Assembly: GCA_012295275.1 (NCBI GenBank)
Contig: CM022670.1
Span: forward strand, 930,001 to 994,000
Length of the DNA: 64,000 nucleotides
Direction of reading: 5' to 3'
From: Chrysomallon squamiferum
Lineage: Eukaryota > Animalia > Mollusca
Part shown: one piece after another, positions 27,112 through 41,590 of the stretch
Layout of the letters: the number at the start of each line of letters is the position of its first letter
Numbering within the stretch: position 1 is the first letter of the stretch
Made by a program: the position numbers and the translations under genes
The notes under the pieces: model-generated
Told to the model about the DNA's origin: nothing
Databases searched by the model: none
Seen by the model: the letters and a program-made list of their open reading frames with translations, nothing else

Positions 27112-29689
27112 GTAAGTTTTTCAACCGATCTGTAAGATCGTCGTTTTTATTTCACGTACGTTTATTAGTTTTTATTTCGGTTTGTTATGACTATTTAAAA
27201 TCGAGGCTTCTTTTCGACACTACATCTCTTTCTTTGAACAAAAACATGGCGCAGTCTTGATTTCAGTCGAGTTAGACAATGAATAGTCGCATTTTTCGCG
27301 ATCGCATGGCGAGGTCATGCCAATTTCTTCAATCGACACGAATGTGGAACAACTAGGCTCTAATATTTTTTTATTCGGCACGTTGATAAATATTTTGAGA
27401 TAATAAATGGACATTGTTTTCGTTTTATGAAGTTCCCAAACCAGACAAGAGCTTTCCGATTCGTTATTTGATTGGTTGTTTCTAGTGTGTATATCTATGA
27501 TCTTTAGAACAATGTTTTAATTCCTTCCTATCACTGATCTACAGTGTTGTAATTTTCGTGTCCAAAACTTTGTTTTTCACTACAGTTGTGTCACAACAGT
27601 TTTTTTAACTGAAAAATTTCCATTCAGTAATACTTTTCTTTGTCTAGTACACCAACACTTACAACGTACATTTCAAGTCCTAACAATGGATTCCGATTTG
27701 TCAAACTTCGTACATATCTAGGCTCTTGTCTTCGTTTCAATTTTTCAAGGTACATTTGTTGAATTTCTTTGTTGGTGTTTGGATTCGTCAGTAAGTAAAC
27801 ATTAATACTAATAATTTTATGCTGACACTTTTTTTTACACCAGTCATTTTGTACAAATGTTTTAAAAATATTTCCAAACATGGATTTGAGAGGGGATGGG
27901 CAGTTGCAATGAAAATAATGTCCATGTTTCATAAGAAATATATTTGAGTTTATACGTTGGTAAGAATCATGATAATAAATGCTGTCATAAAATAAATTAT
28001 ACTAGGACAGATTTATATTAAATTATTTTAAAAAAAAAGTATTAAAATTCACGGTTTCTAAAGACACATCAGTCAGTTATGGATATAATTGTTATATACG
28101 CAATAGGTTTATTTATGTTATATATATATATATATGATTAGTAAAAAAAAAAGGTGTACCATACTCTCCTAGAACGTTTTTGTTATTATTTTGTTTTATA
28201 ACAGAAGGTGAATCTGGTTTTATTATTTTTTCGAATTAGACACTAAAACAAACTGTGAGGCATCTTCTAAATCTCAGTACATATCGGCGACAGCCTCACG
28301 AGTAAACTATAAATAAAAAATGGAAAGCTGTGAAATTATGTAAAGTAGTATTATTTAGTAATGTTTTTGTTATTTTGTCAATAAAATAAAACTTTCAAAC
28401 AAATGAAATCTAATATTAGTTTCAATTTATGAACAGTCATCATAAAATACCATGTGAATTTTCTGTTATGTATTTATTTAAGAAGTGAAAGACAGTTTGT
28501 TTATTTAAAACTGAAAGGAACAACCAGATACAGTTATTTCACTGCTGGCTATGGGAATATAATTTAGTAATACAACTTTGCTGGATTTTTGTTTTGAATC
28601 ATGAGTGAAGTAAAGCAGCATTCCTTAGTAATTCTCATTTCATGATTTAATAACAACATTAATATCAAATTTTTATATACATATTTTTTTTAATTGATTA
28701 TCATATTTAACCATTAATCAATTATCATATTTAACAGGATATTAAGTTATGATATCCTTTCTGATCTGTCATTGCCCCTGCTTTATCTGTCTGCTTTTTC
28801 TTCAGCAGTCATTTTTCTCTGTTTTATGTACACGTTCATTCCTTATTAAATTATTTATGTTCATTTTGCATTTTAAAATCCATCACAGATTATAGAATAT
28901 CACTTTAAATATTTAATTTCACATTTAGTAAGAAATCAAAGCTGTATGTTTCAGTGTTTTCCTACGTTTAAAATCTCTTTTGTTGTTAGGTGACTGTTTG
29001 TACTGTGGTCTCCTGCGATACACGAGGCTGGGAAATTCAGCATTTTTTTTTCTCTTTAAGTAAAGTTGCTTATGAAAAGTCTCTTGTTGCTTACTGAAAA
29101 AGAACCACCCTTAATGTAGTAACATCAGGTTTCTTCTCTCTGACTTTGACATCTTTAATCATGTCTGTCACCATATAACTGGTATTTAATTTGTTTTTAA
29201 TCCATCATTTAATAAATCTTTCTTTCATCAGTAAAAATACATGTCACTGAGAAAATATATATTTTTTCCATTATGTTTAAAGACCAGTAAAAGAGACCAT
29301 ACATATATTAAAAACACTCAGCAGAGGCAGCGAGCACTGGCTATTGACAAATCCATACTCCTCTGTTTTAAAACCTCACTTATTGGTGTCCTTGATTGCA
29401 TCAAACTGCAGTAACAGTCTTCATTGTGATTTGTAGCAGATCTTTTTATGTTATTATGTGGTCATAACTTGAAATAATGGCAATATTTTGATTCAAGCCA
29501 GCCAGTATTGTCTTGTAGCATGACACTCTTTTGTACTGGCCTGCACCTAATGCTGTGCTTGTAGATCTTTTCATGAACAAGTGATACAGTTTGTTTGTAG
29601 CTGTGCATGAATATTTCTTTATCATCACTGGCTGCCATATTTCAGTCTGCGACTTTTTATATAATCTGTCTTCTGCTGCATAGAATATT

Positions 29690-29920
29690 CTTATTGTTTA
29701 ATAGAGAGGATATTTTTGTATGTAACATATCTTTCTTATTGTTCAATAGCAAGGATACTTTTATATATAATTTGTCATTCTTACTGTTTAACAGCAAGGA
29801 TATTTTTATATATAATTTGCCATTGTTTAATAGCAAGGATATTTTTATATATAATTTGCCATTGTTTAATAGCAAGGATATTTTTGTATATAACTTAATC
29901 TAACAGCAAGGGTACTTTTA
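29690..29920. repeat. Minisatellite, ~39-42-bp unit, ~5-6 copies
   Basis: TTGTTTAATAGCAAGGATATTTTTATATATAATTTGCCA repeated; it produces the spurious ORFs at 29607-29903. Confidence 0.9.
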
Positions 29921-32900
29921 AGTGTGTGTAACTTCTTATAGACAGGAAAATGCATTGCACAGCTTTCATAATATACCATTTTGGAGACTACTAGATAATG
30001 CAATACATATACTGGTGATTGTAATTGTACTCCAATCCAAATAAGGCAAGAAGCTTTATTCTTGTAAAGTAGTTAGCTGGAATTTCTTCATTTAGATTTT
30101 GCAGTTACAGCAGTTGATCAGAATTATAATTTTTTTTCATCACATTTGATTTATTCTATAATTAAATATGATATGCTGTATTACAGAATCCTGATTTACT
30201 GTGGTCATACATTATTGACTGACCTTGACAGCTGCTTTTTTTAAATCACAACTGCTTTGTTTCAATTTGGTAACATCAGAATGAAATCCGATAATGGTAA
30301 TTTCATGTTTATCTGAGAAAAACAAACCTTAATGAATATATAAATGTTGGTTAATTCAGAAGATGAGACTGTTTTTTTTGTCATTGTTTATACTACATCT
30401 CTGATTTCAGATTGTTGATGGGTTTTTTCTGTGGCACAGTGAACAGAATTTGTAATTATAATGTATTGTGTTCATTTGATCTCTTAAATTTACAAATTTG
30501 TTTTCTTGTCAGATGTAATTATCCAGAAGTTTCTTCAAACAACCAACCATTGATGTAAAATTAGTAAATCAGAATTTTAGCCCAGGTTACTTGACTAAAA
30601 CTGTCTAAATTTGATATGTAATTGATTTAATTTTGTTCTCTTTGTTACAGTAGTATGAGATTTGCCTTGACTTGAAATAGTATTAAAAAAACAACCTTTA
30701 TGTGTGTGGTTACTTTTAAGCACATATTTGGCCATACAGTATATAATATCAATTAAATACACATGATTTATACAGCTGTTATGACTTGTATCCCATGCGC
30801 TGAAATTAGTTTAATTGTATCTACAATCAGCTTCACAATTCTTCCTAACTGACCATTAAATCAAAACATACTTACCTAAATCAGTATAATTATCCAGGTA
30901 AGACATCACACAGGCACTAATTATTGTTATGACAACATGCCAGAATGTTTACTTTGACAGGTAAATTGCAGGTGAGAAAAGGTGGTGTTACATCTACTTC
31001 TTCTTAACAGGATGTGGTCAAACAAATCATGTTTGGTTTGGTTTGGTTTCTGCAGTAACTGGTTTGTTAAGATTTAACTGGATTCCTGGAGAGATGTTTT
31101 GGAGGTGTATACATGTTGACAATGGTGTTCTGTGAGAACAACTGACGTGAAAACAGAATATGCATTTTAATTTTATTTTTACAGGAAAACCGCTTGATAT
31201 GGTAAAAAGGAATACTTAAATGGATATTTACAAAGGTGCATTTTAATGTTACTAGTTAATTATGAATTAAAAATTGTGTAGTAGTGATAGCAAACAAGAA
31301 ATCTCCCTCATTTTATGGAATCATCATATTTAGTTTCCACATACTGTAAAAATGTTCCCTCTAAAAACTTTGATATTCCTGTTGTAATTTTTCACACACA
31401 TGTCATTTCAGAAAGGTTAGAAATATTTTGTGGAAAAATAAAAATGCATTTTAGGTTCAATCAAAAAATCCAAGACATTTTTTTTTTTAAATACACTGTT
31501 GCTATGTTTGCAGTATGGTTTAGGATTAAACTGCTGTTTCATTTCTTTTCAAGACATTTGAAATTCCAGCAGTTCAGGAAACCTCATTTTTGAAGAATTA
31601 AGTTTTTGCATCTGTATATTGTGGTATATTGTTTGGAACTGGATATATATGCAACAAGAAAAAGTGTTCCTTTGACTTGCATTCTGATATGTGTTACATG
31701 CCTCTGTAGTTTCCTGTCTTCCATCTCGTCTCATAATGAAGCTGTTGTGAAGTACCTGTACTCAAGCAGGTGAAGTATTAAAAGTGTTGAGCATTCACTT
31801 ATTTATTAATAACCATACTGTCAGCAACATGTCAACTTTATCCAACCTCACAGTTAAAAAGGTCAGCTGTTTGTTTGATTACAGGTGTTTTAAAATGACG
31901 TATTGAGCAGTCATATAACTTTCCTTTCAGCTAAACAAACTTTAAAAATATTTAATTTTGTATTACATGTCAGACATATTCTCATAGAAAGAATAATTAA
32001 TACCACTGTTGGTTTTGTAAGATATCAACACTGAAAATTCCTTTAAGAACTTCAGTGACATTCATTTTATTACCAAAAAAGAAAAATGTTAGACATATGA
32101 TTGACAGTTTTAGACTAGTTTCTAATCATTAACAATATATACATCATTGTATGTAAAAACATTGCCCATATTTTACATTGGACATCCTTGACTATATATT
32201 ATTGGTGCCCTTTGAAATTTATGTAATGACTGGATTGAGAATACATTAAAACTGATGTGCCTGGAATTTATGGTATTGGGAATACCCAATCAGATCCCCC
32301 ATAATAGATACAGTCATTATCTTATATTTGGTAGGTACTACAGATACTTCTTGGAACCAGCCACTAATAAAAGTAAATCTTGTATTCTGTAATAACAATC
32401 AAATAGTCGGTCATCTGCTGTATCCAGGTTCCACAGTTGTATGGTCATTTTAAATGTGATTAAATATAAGCAAACATCTTTCAAGATGGCTGACTGATTG
32501 TACAGTATACAAAATAGTTATAAACAGAAGGTCAGAACCAGTTGAACCATTATTTAGATAACACAAAGATAGCATTCACTGAGGTCAGACCTGTGTGATT
32601 TATGGAACTTGAAGGTTGCTAGAACAGACTTGAATCACTGGTTAGTGTTGATCTGATGTGTGATGGATCAGAGGATCGATTCTAGCTGCAGCAAAGAATT
32701 GTTTCTTTTCCTTTCAAATAAATTCTGTGCTATTGGTGTGTCAAAGGTCAAAGCAGGTGCTTTTGTATCTAAGAGAAGATAAAAATAAAATTATCCCATG
32801 ATACCAAAGTAATTGCATTTTTTTTAAAGGTTGGGTATCAATATTTTGTAAAGTTCATGGAATTTACACAATTTTATTAGAAATAAGTTAATGGATTCTA

Positions 32901-35900
32901 ATTTGAACAAAGATGACATGGTAACTGCTAGAAAATCAGGGATTGACAGGTGACTGTTGATGAGGACTGTGGATCACTGCTGATACAGTACAAACACTTT
33001 CAAAATGTTGATGGTAAAGTCCAGTTGCTTTCTCAGTAGAATTAATACTTGTTTGACATTCAGCAGTTAAATGTTTGATGTGCCATGTTCAACCAAACAA
33101 ACTTTGACATGAAATATTTAATGTTGGGCTTCTATGACATTCAGCAGTTAAATGCTGTTTGACTTTCACCTTGTTTTTGTTGTCTAGACAGCACTATTAC
33201 TGGAGACAGATACTGACATTTTATTTTATTTTTTCTATTATTGTTTTGTTGTTCTATATTTTCATTTCTCATAGTATGGAATAGCATAGTTTGACGTACT
33301 TGTGAAACGGGATACTTTATTACCTGAATTTGATATCAGTTTTTATCTTGCATTATTTTATATATTTTTATTTACTCTTCTAAATTAAAATTCATTGTTT
33401 GTTATTTTACTTTGTTTCTGGATTATATGGTTAACAAAGACGACTGGTGAAATATTAATAGCACTCCCGTCACAAACAGTGCATGACCCCCCCTCCCTCC
33501 CTCACCCACACTGACTGTACTTTGAGTGTACTTTGAGTGTACTTTACGCTTGACTGATCTCACAACTACTTTTCAAAGAAATCTTTGTTACAATTAATTC
33601 TTCTTAACAAAGGCTATCTTGCATTCCTGTTTTTTAAAATCTCTTACTATTTATAAGAGTGAGGGGAACTGGTGTTTTTTCCCCCATATAATTATTTTTG
33701 CTTGTATTAATATTTCAAAATTAATATATACTGAGGTGGCATTGTTATTAATACATTCATTTAACTAACACTTGTAAATATTTTAATACTGTTTGGGTTT
33801 TTTCAAGTTAAAATAATTATTAATAGTTATGGGTTATAGTTTTTTTATTTAAAATTAAATGGTAATAATAATAATAAAAAAAATAAAATTTTATAAACGA
33901 TGGCTGATTGGAATATCTTGAATGTTTAATTTAAATCATTATTAAAGACCACTTAATATTCTCCTTAGTTGTAAGTTTTGACAAGCTATAAAGAAATGAT
34001 TGATAGTTTGCTTTATTTATAAATATAAATCTTATCATCGCATAATTTTGTAAAAACTAAAAAAAAAACACCAACAAGATACAAGTACAAAATCATTAAA
34101 GTTTTATTTCTTTATTATCATTTTAATGTTTTTAGACAAGAACATTTTCTTTTCACCATTGTGTTAAAGTTCATTATTTAATAGCAACTATCTGACAACT
34201 GTTGTTACTTATCTGTTGAAAGAAATATTTATGTAAACCTACTTGGAGATAAACCTATAAATTATTTTGCATATGCACTTAATTTAAACATTAAATAACG
34301 ATACGAATTTTTATTACTCTATGATATTTCTTATCCTGCATTTTTGAAGCTTACCCTAGTTTGACATTCAGTAGGGATGTATTTTTGGGAGAGGCTTGGT
34401 TGTTGTTATACGTTTACTTTTAAAACTATTTAGAAACTGGAGACAGGTTTTTAAAACAGAAAACTCGTTAGAAAGTTAGAAACCAATCTGCGTACCTTGC
34501 AGCTAAATCCTGTGACCTGTAAATGACATGATACCGTACAAGATCAATAAATAAACAGTTGTGATGTCGAATAAAATTTTAAAACAATCCAAGACAGCAA
34601 GAATAATTCATGCAGAACCTAGAAATATAGGATGAAAAAGAAGGAAAATTATATATTAAAACAGCAATTTTTTTTACAATCTAGCCATATATAATTAATT
34701 ATGTAATTCATATTAATGTATCAAAATTCAAACACTACCAGTACTAACATTAGAAATAAAGAACTAGAGAAGAACAGTACAGGTGATTTAACTGAGTGAG
34801 ACAGGTGATTTGATTGTAACAGTAAATTGATTCATAAAGGTATGTTGATACAGGTGATTTGATTAATTATCGTTTATATCTTTAATTATTACATATCTTC
34901 TGAACAACTTAGTGGGATATAATCTTCTTAAACAAAAAATTATTTTAAAAAATTGAGTAAATTTCTTTTGATATTTACCTGGAAAAAAAAAAAATTTTGG
35001 TCCATTTTATTCCCCTTCTGCAAAGCTGTTATTAAAGTAATTATTAATCATGCTTGTGGATTGATAGTGAGCAGTTTCCAATCACAGACTCACTGTCTGC
35101 AGAGTGAGTCATGGCTGCTGCCAGTCTGATTTGAGTCATCATTTCTCACTCATCATCATTCTTTACAAGCATCATTTACTGCCATACCTGTCCAGTTGGT
35201 CTCAGAAAATAAAACTGCCAGTTTCAGAATTCTTTTTAATTTGCAGTTGCAGGTAGGTACACGAACTGATATTGATTTGATATTTTATCAGATAACATGC
35301 ATTCTCGTCAGGCAGAAAAAGTCTTTGTTAGGCTGCCTTTCTGGTATATAATATTTATACAGTTGTTTAGAATACAGTATTGACTTGTTAGAAGGGGGAA
35401 TTCATTGTAATATCCATCTTCTGCCATCAGATATCATATTAAAGCTATTGTTTAGAAGGTAGTGTTGTCAGAGTGTCTATTTTAACATTAAAGCTCTTGT
35501 TTAGAAAGTTGCACTGACAGAGAAAGGGAGAGTCTTTTGCTGAATTGTGGCATCTAATGCAGTATAAAAAGAGGGACTGGTTTTAGAGGGAGTATTTCTC
35601 AGAGAAAGGAAGAGTTGTTACGATATCACATCTAGCGTAATAACTAAAACTGTTGCTAAGAATATAGTATTGTTGTATATTGTAATATTAACACATTTTA
35701 GAGGAAAATGTTGGGTTATCACAACAGAGAAAGTGTTAGTTTTGCTGTACATTGTAATGTTAATTCAGCTTGTCAAGAGAAAAAGTCTTAATACAGTTAA
35801 GAATGACAGTATTGGTTTACAATTATGGGTTTAAAATTTCTCCTACATGAGCACCTCTTAATTATTTTGCACTTCTTCTAGAGTGACCCTGGCTGCAGCA

Positions 35901-37826
35901 GTGGCTTCCTGCATAATTAATAAAAGGATTATGGAGGAAAATAGACTGATTCTGACTTTCAACTGGAAAATATTTTCGTCTGGAAGCATATTCTGTAGTG
36001 TGACATACTGCCATTATTGGCATTGGCTGACAAAAATAATTTAATCTAATGGTATCAGAGAGATTAAAAAACATTAAAATTGTCTGGTGCCAAAATAGGT
36101 CTGTGGCATTAGTAAATTATACATGGATTAAAAAATTTAAAAAAAAAAAACAAAGATTGTGCAAACGTGAGTTATTTATATATTACTTATAATTTAATAT
36201 GCAAAGTTAAAAAAATTAAATTAAATAAATGGTTTGAAATTCCAATGTAACAAATGATTCAAATGAAAAAGATAGGTAAAACATTTTTGAGAATTTTATT
36301 TCTTTAAAGCTTAAATTTTCTTAACATTTTTCTTTCTAAGAATATTTTTCCTCTAATGATATTCGGGAAAACTGAATCTCCCATCATCTGTGAGTTAGAA
36401 GCAGTTTCAGACACAGGTGATGTTACGTTTGAGAGCACAAAACTGTTTGATCAGGCTAATAATAATGTACTGTATGACCTGCTTCACAGATTTTTCTTAC
36501 TGCAGAGAAATCATCAATCACAGCTAGACAAGCTGAGATTGATACTGCAATGCCTGTCATCCACATTTAACACATCAATGTTTGCTTATCACAGGTAATA
36601 ACTATCTGGAGTAACGGTTTGGCTCGGCACTTGTTTTACTGTCATTTTTATTAAACTCCAGTCTTATTGTCTTATCCATCCTAAGTCACCTCTCTTTGTT
36701 TTTGTAGCATACCATGTTAATTCACTTCCTTGTGGGGTTTTTGTACATTTTCATTATTTAATCCAGAATATAATTTAATACATCACCATTATTCAGTCTA
36801 AACCACGGTTTATACTAGTTATTACATATAGACTATATCACAGAGAACTGGTTGTAGTATTGTTATGTTATGATTTAAGCCCCATTATTATTCACCTAGT
36901 TTCTATACCATTCAGTACATATTCAGTGTCTGTATGTTGCATATCATCATTTATTCAAATCCAGTGTATAGTTTGTTGTATTACACCTTTATTCCATCCA
37001 CTTAATTGACCAAGTTTTAATAGGAAAATGTTCTGTTTAACATGAGTGGATTGTTTTATTGAAAATTTTTCTATCTAAATTTAATGATTATATTTTAAAG
37101 AGACTGACGTACCTGCCTATGACATTTTTTTGTCAAATCGTTAAACAGCCCAGGGGCTAATGTGTGTTTAACAACTTCCTTATCAGGTATCTCTATTTAT
37201 ATGAGACTTATATTTTATTAGTTTTCTAGTCCAAAGGCAACCTTATCGTTTTATTAATATATTTTTTATTATTTTTTTTTTTAAAAAAGAAAAAAGAAAA
37301 AAGAAAAGAACAGAGAAAATCTATTTGAGAAAATATTGTTGGTTTGTTAAATAACTGTTGGTTTAGATGAAGTAACTGTAATCTTTAGTTCGTGTGATCA
37401 TCATTCATACAACATACTGGTAATCTGATTATTTAAATGCATAAGATCATTCTTCCATTCAGCACTGTTTTGGACTTTTTCTAATTCTGTTAAGTTAACT
37501 AATTACATAAAGGATCAAGGCATGTACTGTTCTTATTGTAACAAAATAAATTAAAAAAAAATCACTTTCATAGCCACAGACCATGAAATGACAGGATTCT
37601 TGTTCATATAGTTACAACGGTTTGTGGTACACACTTTCCTGTTTGTTTGAATGTTTCTTTAACAATGTCAAACTGCTAATTACAAAAGCTCTAGGAGTGG
37701 AAGCACTCTGAGAGTTGATCTTGTTTCTATCAGATGTCTAATACTATTATTGTTATATTAAAACATATTGTCATTATCTTCAGTAAATGATTCATTCATT
37801 TGTTCACTGGTGGTACATTTTCACAA

Positions 37827-38455
37827 GGTTTCACTGTAGACCGTAATTACTGGTTAACGAAGTTTCACTGTAGATGTGTAACTGTTGGTTAACGAGGTTT
37901 CACTGTAGACCGTAACTACTGGTTAACGAAGTTTCACTGTAGATGTGTAACTGTTGGTTAACGAGGTTTCACTGTAGACCGTAACTACTGGTTAACGAAG
38001 TTTCACTGTAGATGTGTAACTGTTGGTTAACGAGGTTTCACTGTAGACCGTAACTACTGGTTAACGAGGTTTCACTGTAGACGTGTAACTACTGGTTAAC
38101 GAGGTTTCACTGTAGACTAGCTACTGGTTAACGAGGCTTCGCTGTAGACTGATGGTTAATGAGGTTTCACTGTAGACTATAACTACTGGTTAACGAGGTT
38201 TCACTGTAGACGTGTAACTACTGGTTAACGAGGTTTCACTGTAGACTAGCTACTGGTTAACGAGGCTTCGCTGTAGACTGATGGTTAATGAGGTTTCACT
38301 GTAGACTATAACTACTGGTTAACGAGGTTTCACTGTAGAGTGTAACTTGGTTAACGAGATTTCACTGTAGACTGTAACTACTGGTTAAGGAGGTTTCACT
38401 GTAGACATGTAACTACTGGTTAACGAGGTTTCACTGTAGACTGTAACTACTGGTC
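37827..38455. repeat. Minisatellite, ~34-bp unit, ~19 copies, with higher-order structure
   Basis: Unit GGTTTCACTGTAGAC(C/GT)GTAACTACTGGTTAACGA. 34/35-bp variants alternate at the start, and a 129-bp four-unit block is duplicated (38068-38196 and 38197-38325). Confidence 0.95.
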
Positions 38456-40799
38456 AATATAGAGTCAGCTGGCTATGTGGGTTGTGGATAATATCTGCCA
38501 GGTAATATTAAATATATTTTATTCATTTTCTGCAGTTATAAACGTTTACTTGGCATTTACTGTGGATCAAAGAGTACCATCCTGTCACCGGAATAAAATT
38601 TATTCTAGCCTCAGCAATAAATTACTCTACTGATGCAGTGAATAATACGTAAATAATATTTTTAAAAAATAGAAGACATTTTTTTTATATAGATCTTTGA
38701 TTAATCATTGAAATGATATAATAGCGTGTGTGTGTGTGTAAATTAACGTTTCAAAGCATTTTTTATTTATATAACACTAAGTTGGTAATAAAAAAAGATT
38801 CATTTTTTAGTAAATAACCAGTGCAGTAATAAATTTATTTTTATTAATAAATTATACATATTTTATTTTAAATATAATTAAATTTAGATAATAAAACCCC
38901 ACAGTTAAAATTATTTACCAAGAATGTGTTTCTTCTTATTAATCCTCTTTCCATATTACAATTTTATGAAAACCAAAGCTAAAAGTGCACATTTACTGGC
39001 ACAGCAAACTGGTATTTTCTCTTGCCTAGCATCAGTTCCTTTGTTCTCAGTTTGTTCTGCGGCTGTCGGGTTTTTTCCTTTGTCTGGGCAAAGATGACTG
39101 TTGGTGCATTGTGCACTTAGCAGAGAGAAGCCAGTCCTTGCCTCAGTCTGTGCAGATGTTCACTTCTGGGTTGTGTTGTAGCTTCTGTTCCTTTAGCAGA
39201 TGGCTTAACTGTTTGGATTATTTAACCTGTGTTGTCTCAGTTAATAATTTATCCTATTACATGATAAAATCAATTTAAAAAAAAAAAAAAAAAAGGGAAA
39301 AAATTATATTTTTATGAAGTGTGCATATATTTCAAACTGGTTTTTATTTATTAAAAACAAAACTGCAGTTACATTGTGGTTTAAGGAGAGACATTTTTAA
39401 TATTTTATCTGAAAAAGAATTATTTCCAAATTATATTTGTATATGTGTGTGTATTATTTTAATACTCAAACATGCATTCAGACATTTACATAATGCTATC
39501 AATACTTGAGACATTTCATGCCCAGCACATGTCGGAATCATCCCATTCAGATAGTGAGCAGTCTGCCATTGCCATGGTAACAACTTCACAAAACAAAACC
39601 AGCTATTCACACGCTTTTGGTTCTCCCGTCAAAACCATCTGCTTTCATTGTGTGAGCAACTTGTACATGCCCATCATGGATAAGACGATATTGTTGGTGA
39701 CTGGTTTGATAATGTTGACAATGAAAAGGAAATGGTTCGACTGATCATTTTCTGTATTTCCATGTTGTTGAGATCAAGATGGATTTGTTCTGGTCTTGCT
39801 TAATCTACTTGTGTTAAATGTTACACAGAGGTTATATTAAGTGATCCATTTTCATTAGAGACATTAATTTAATGGTTGAAGCAAGTTGCATAGTGGTTTT
39901 TGTTTTTTAGATTTTATAATTTGAAACAAAAAAATCATGTTTCATACTTGATATTTGTTTTTAAATGCTGTCAAATTTTTTTTTTCCTTTAATTGTCTAA
40001 ACGTCAAACAAAATACAATAAAAATATATTCAGTGTCCTGGTGTGAAACTACAGAATTCATATTTTAATTTTTAATATTTGAAAACAAACTTTAATTGTC
40101 TAAAATTCAAACAAAGATATAAACTATGTGAAACTACTGAATTCATACAGTAATTAATTTATTTATTATTTCACATCAGAGCTATAACTGTATTTTATTT
40201 ATTAACTCAGTTCCTGAATTATGTGTTAAGAAAACTGCCACTCAACACAGAAAGTGTAGGATTTACTTCCCAGACTATATTTATAACTTCGTTCCTGAAT
40301 CTTACTTTTACATGTTCTTCCTTGTAGAAATATTTTTATATTAAGTAAAGTTTTATTTGTAGTAAAACACATTAGTTTTTGATTTGAACATTAAGTGAGA
40401 ATTTTAAAAATTAATAATTTATTATTATATTTTTTTTAAATTCAAATATTTAAATGAAATGTTCTCTTTCTCTTCCCCTATTTAAAAAAGTTAAAATGGT
40501 GAAACACAAAAAGTACAGAATTTCCAAAATTTCAGAAATTATCACCAAAAATTATTTGGACTTGCACATAAATATTACTGTTTGGATTATTTGTAAAGTC
40601 TGTTTTTAAATTCCGATTCAGTTAAGTTCAGCTTAGTGAATGAAAATACAAATATATATATATAAAGATAAAGATAAATTATAATAATAATATAATATAG
40701 ATTTTGCTGATAATGATGATGATGATTATACATTTAATCCCATTAGAATTAACATGCGAAATCAAATGATTTGATTTTTTCACAGAAATATAGAGTCTT

Positions 40800-41045
40800 T
40801 ACTACTAGTGTATTAAGTGATTGGATTTGTTCAAACAAATAAACTAGTACTTGTAGTATATTAAGTGATTTGATTTGTTCTTATAAATATACAACTATTT
40901 ACTAGTACTTGTAGAAAAGTATTAAAAGGTATTTTAATTGTTCATATAAATATACAACAATTTACTAGTACTTGTAGAAAAGTATTAAAGGAGATTTGGT
41001 TTGTTCATATAAATATACAACTATTTACTAGTACTTGTATTAAAA
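40800..41045. repeat. Tandem repeat, ~60-bp unit, 3-4 copies
   Basis: AAATATACAACTATTTACTAGTACTTGTAGAAAAGTATTAAA..TTGTTCATAT repeated. Confidence 0.85.
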
Positions 41046-41379
41046 CAATTAGTTTCACACTTAAATAAAACATCAGAAGGAAGTGTTCACAGACAAAGGC
41101 AGGTTATGATCGATAGTTCATTCTATAAATAGATGACTTTCCAGACTGTCCTGTCTATTTTTATAATCAGGTTTCCATTGTTCGGTCAGCTCTCTTTTCT
41201 AACAAAGAACTTTCCATTCATAACCTACCCACATTCTCTCATACATACTTGTACTTATCTGTCATGATTAGCTGTTGAATCACTTATTCACACTAAAAGT
41301 TTTAAAATAAATTTTATTAAACTATATAACCAGAAGACATTTGTTTTATCTCATTAGTACTACTAGATCCTCTCCTTTA

Positions 41380-41590
41380 TCTACAAATGGATGCCAGTAA
41401 ATAATTTTAAAAATATTTAAAAAGAAGGCAGTAAATGTATCTCATTAATTTAGCTGCTTTTATTTACATACATTTACAAATGTATGCCACTAAATAATTA
41501 TAAAAATATTTTAAAAGAAGGCAGTAAATGTATCTCATTAATTTAGTTGCTTTTATTTACATACATTTACAAATGGATGCCACTAAATAA
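41380..41590. repeat. Tandem duplication, ~95-bp unit x2 plus partial copies
   Basis: TACAAATGGATGCCA(C/G)TAAATAAT..AAAAGAAGGCAGTAAATGTATCTCATTAATTTAG(C/T)TGCTTTTATTTACATACATT occurs twice; partial copy at ~41797-41838. Confidence 0.85.

Noticed and set aside
29607-29903. Repetitive ORFs in three frames
   Set aside because: Produced by a 39/42-bp minisatellite.
37827-38455. CRISPR-like array of ~34-bp repeats
   Set aside because: Units are contiguous with only a few variable bases and no unique spacers, the context is a eukaryotic intron, and there are no cas genes.
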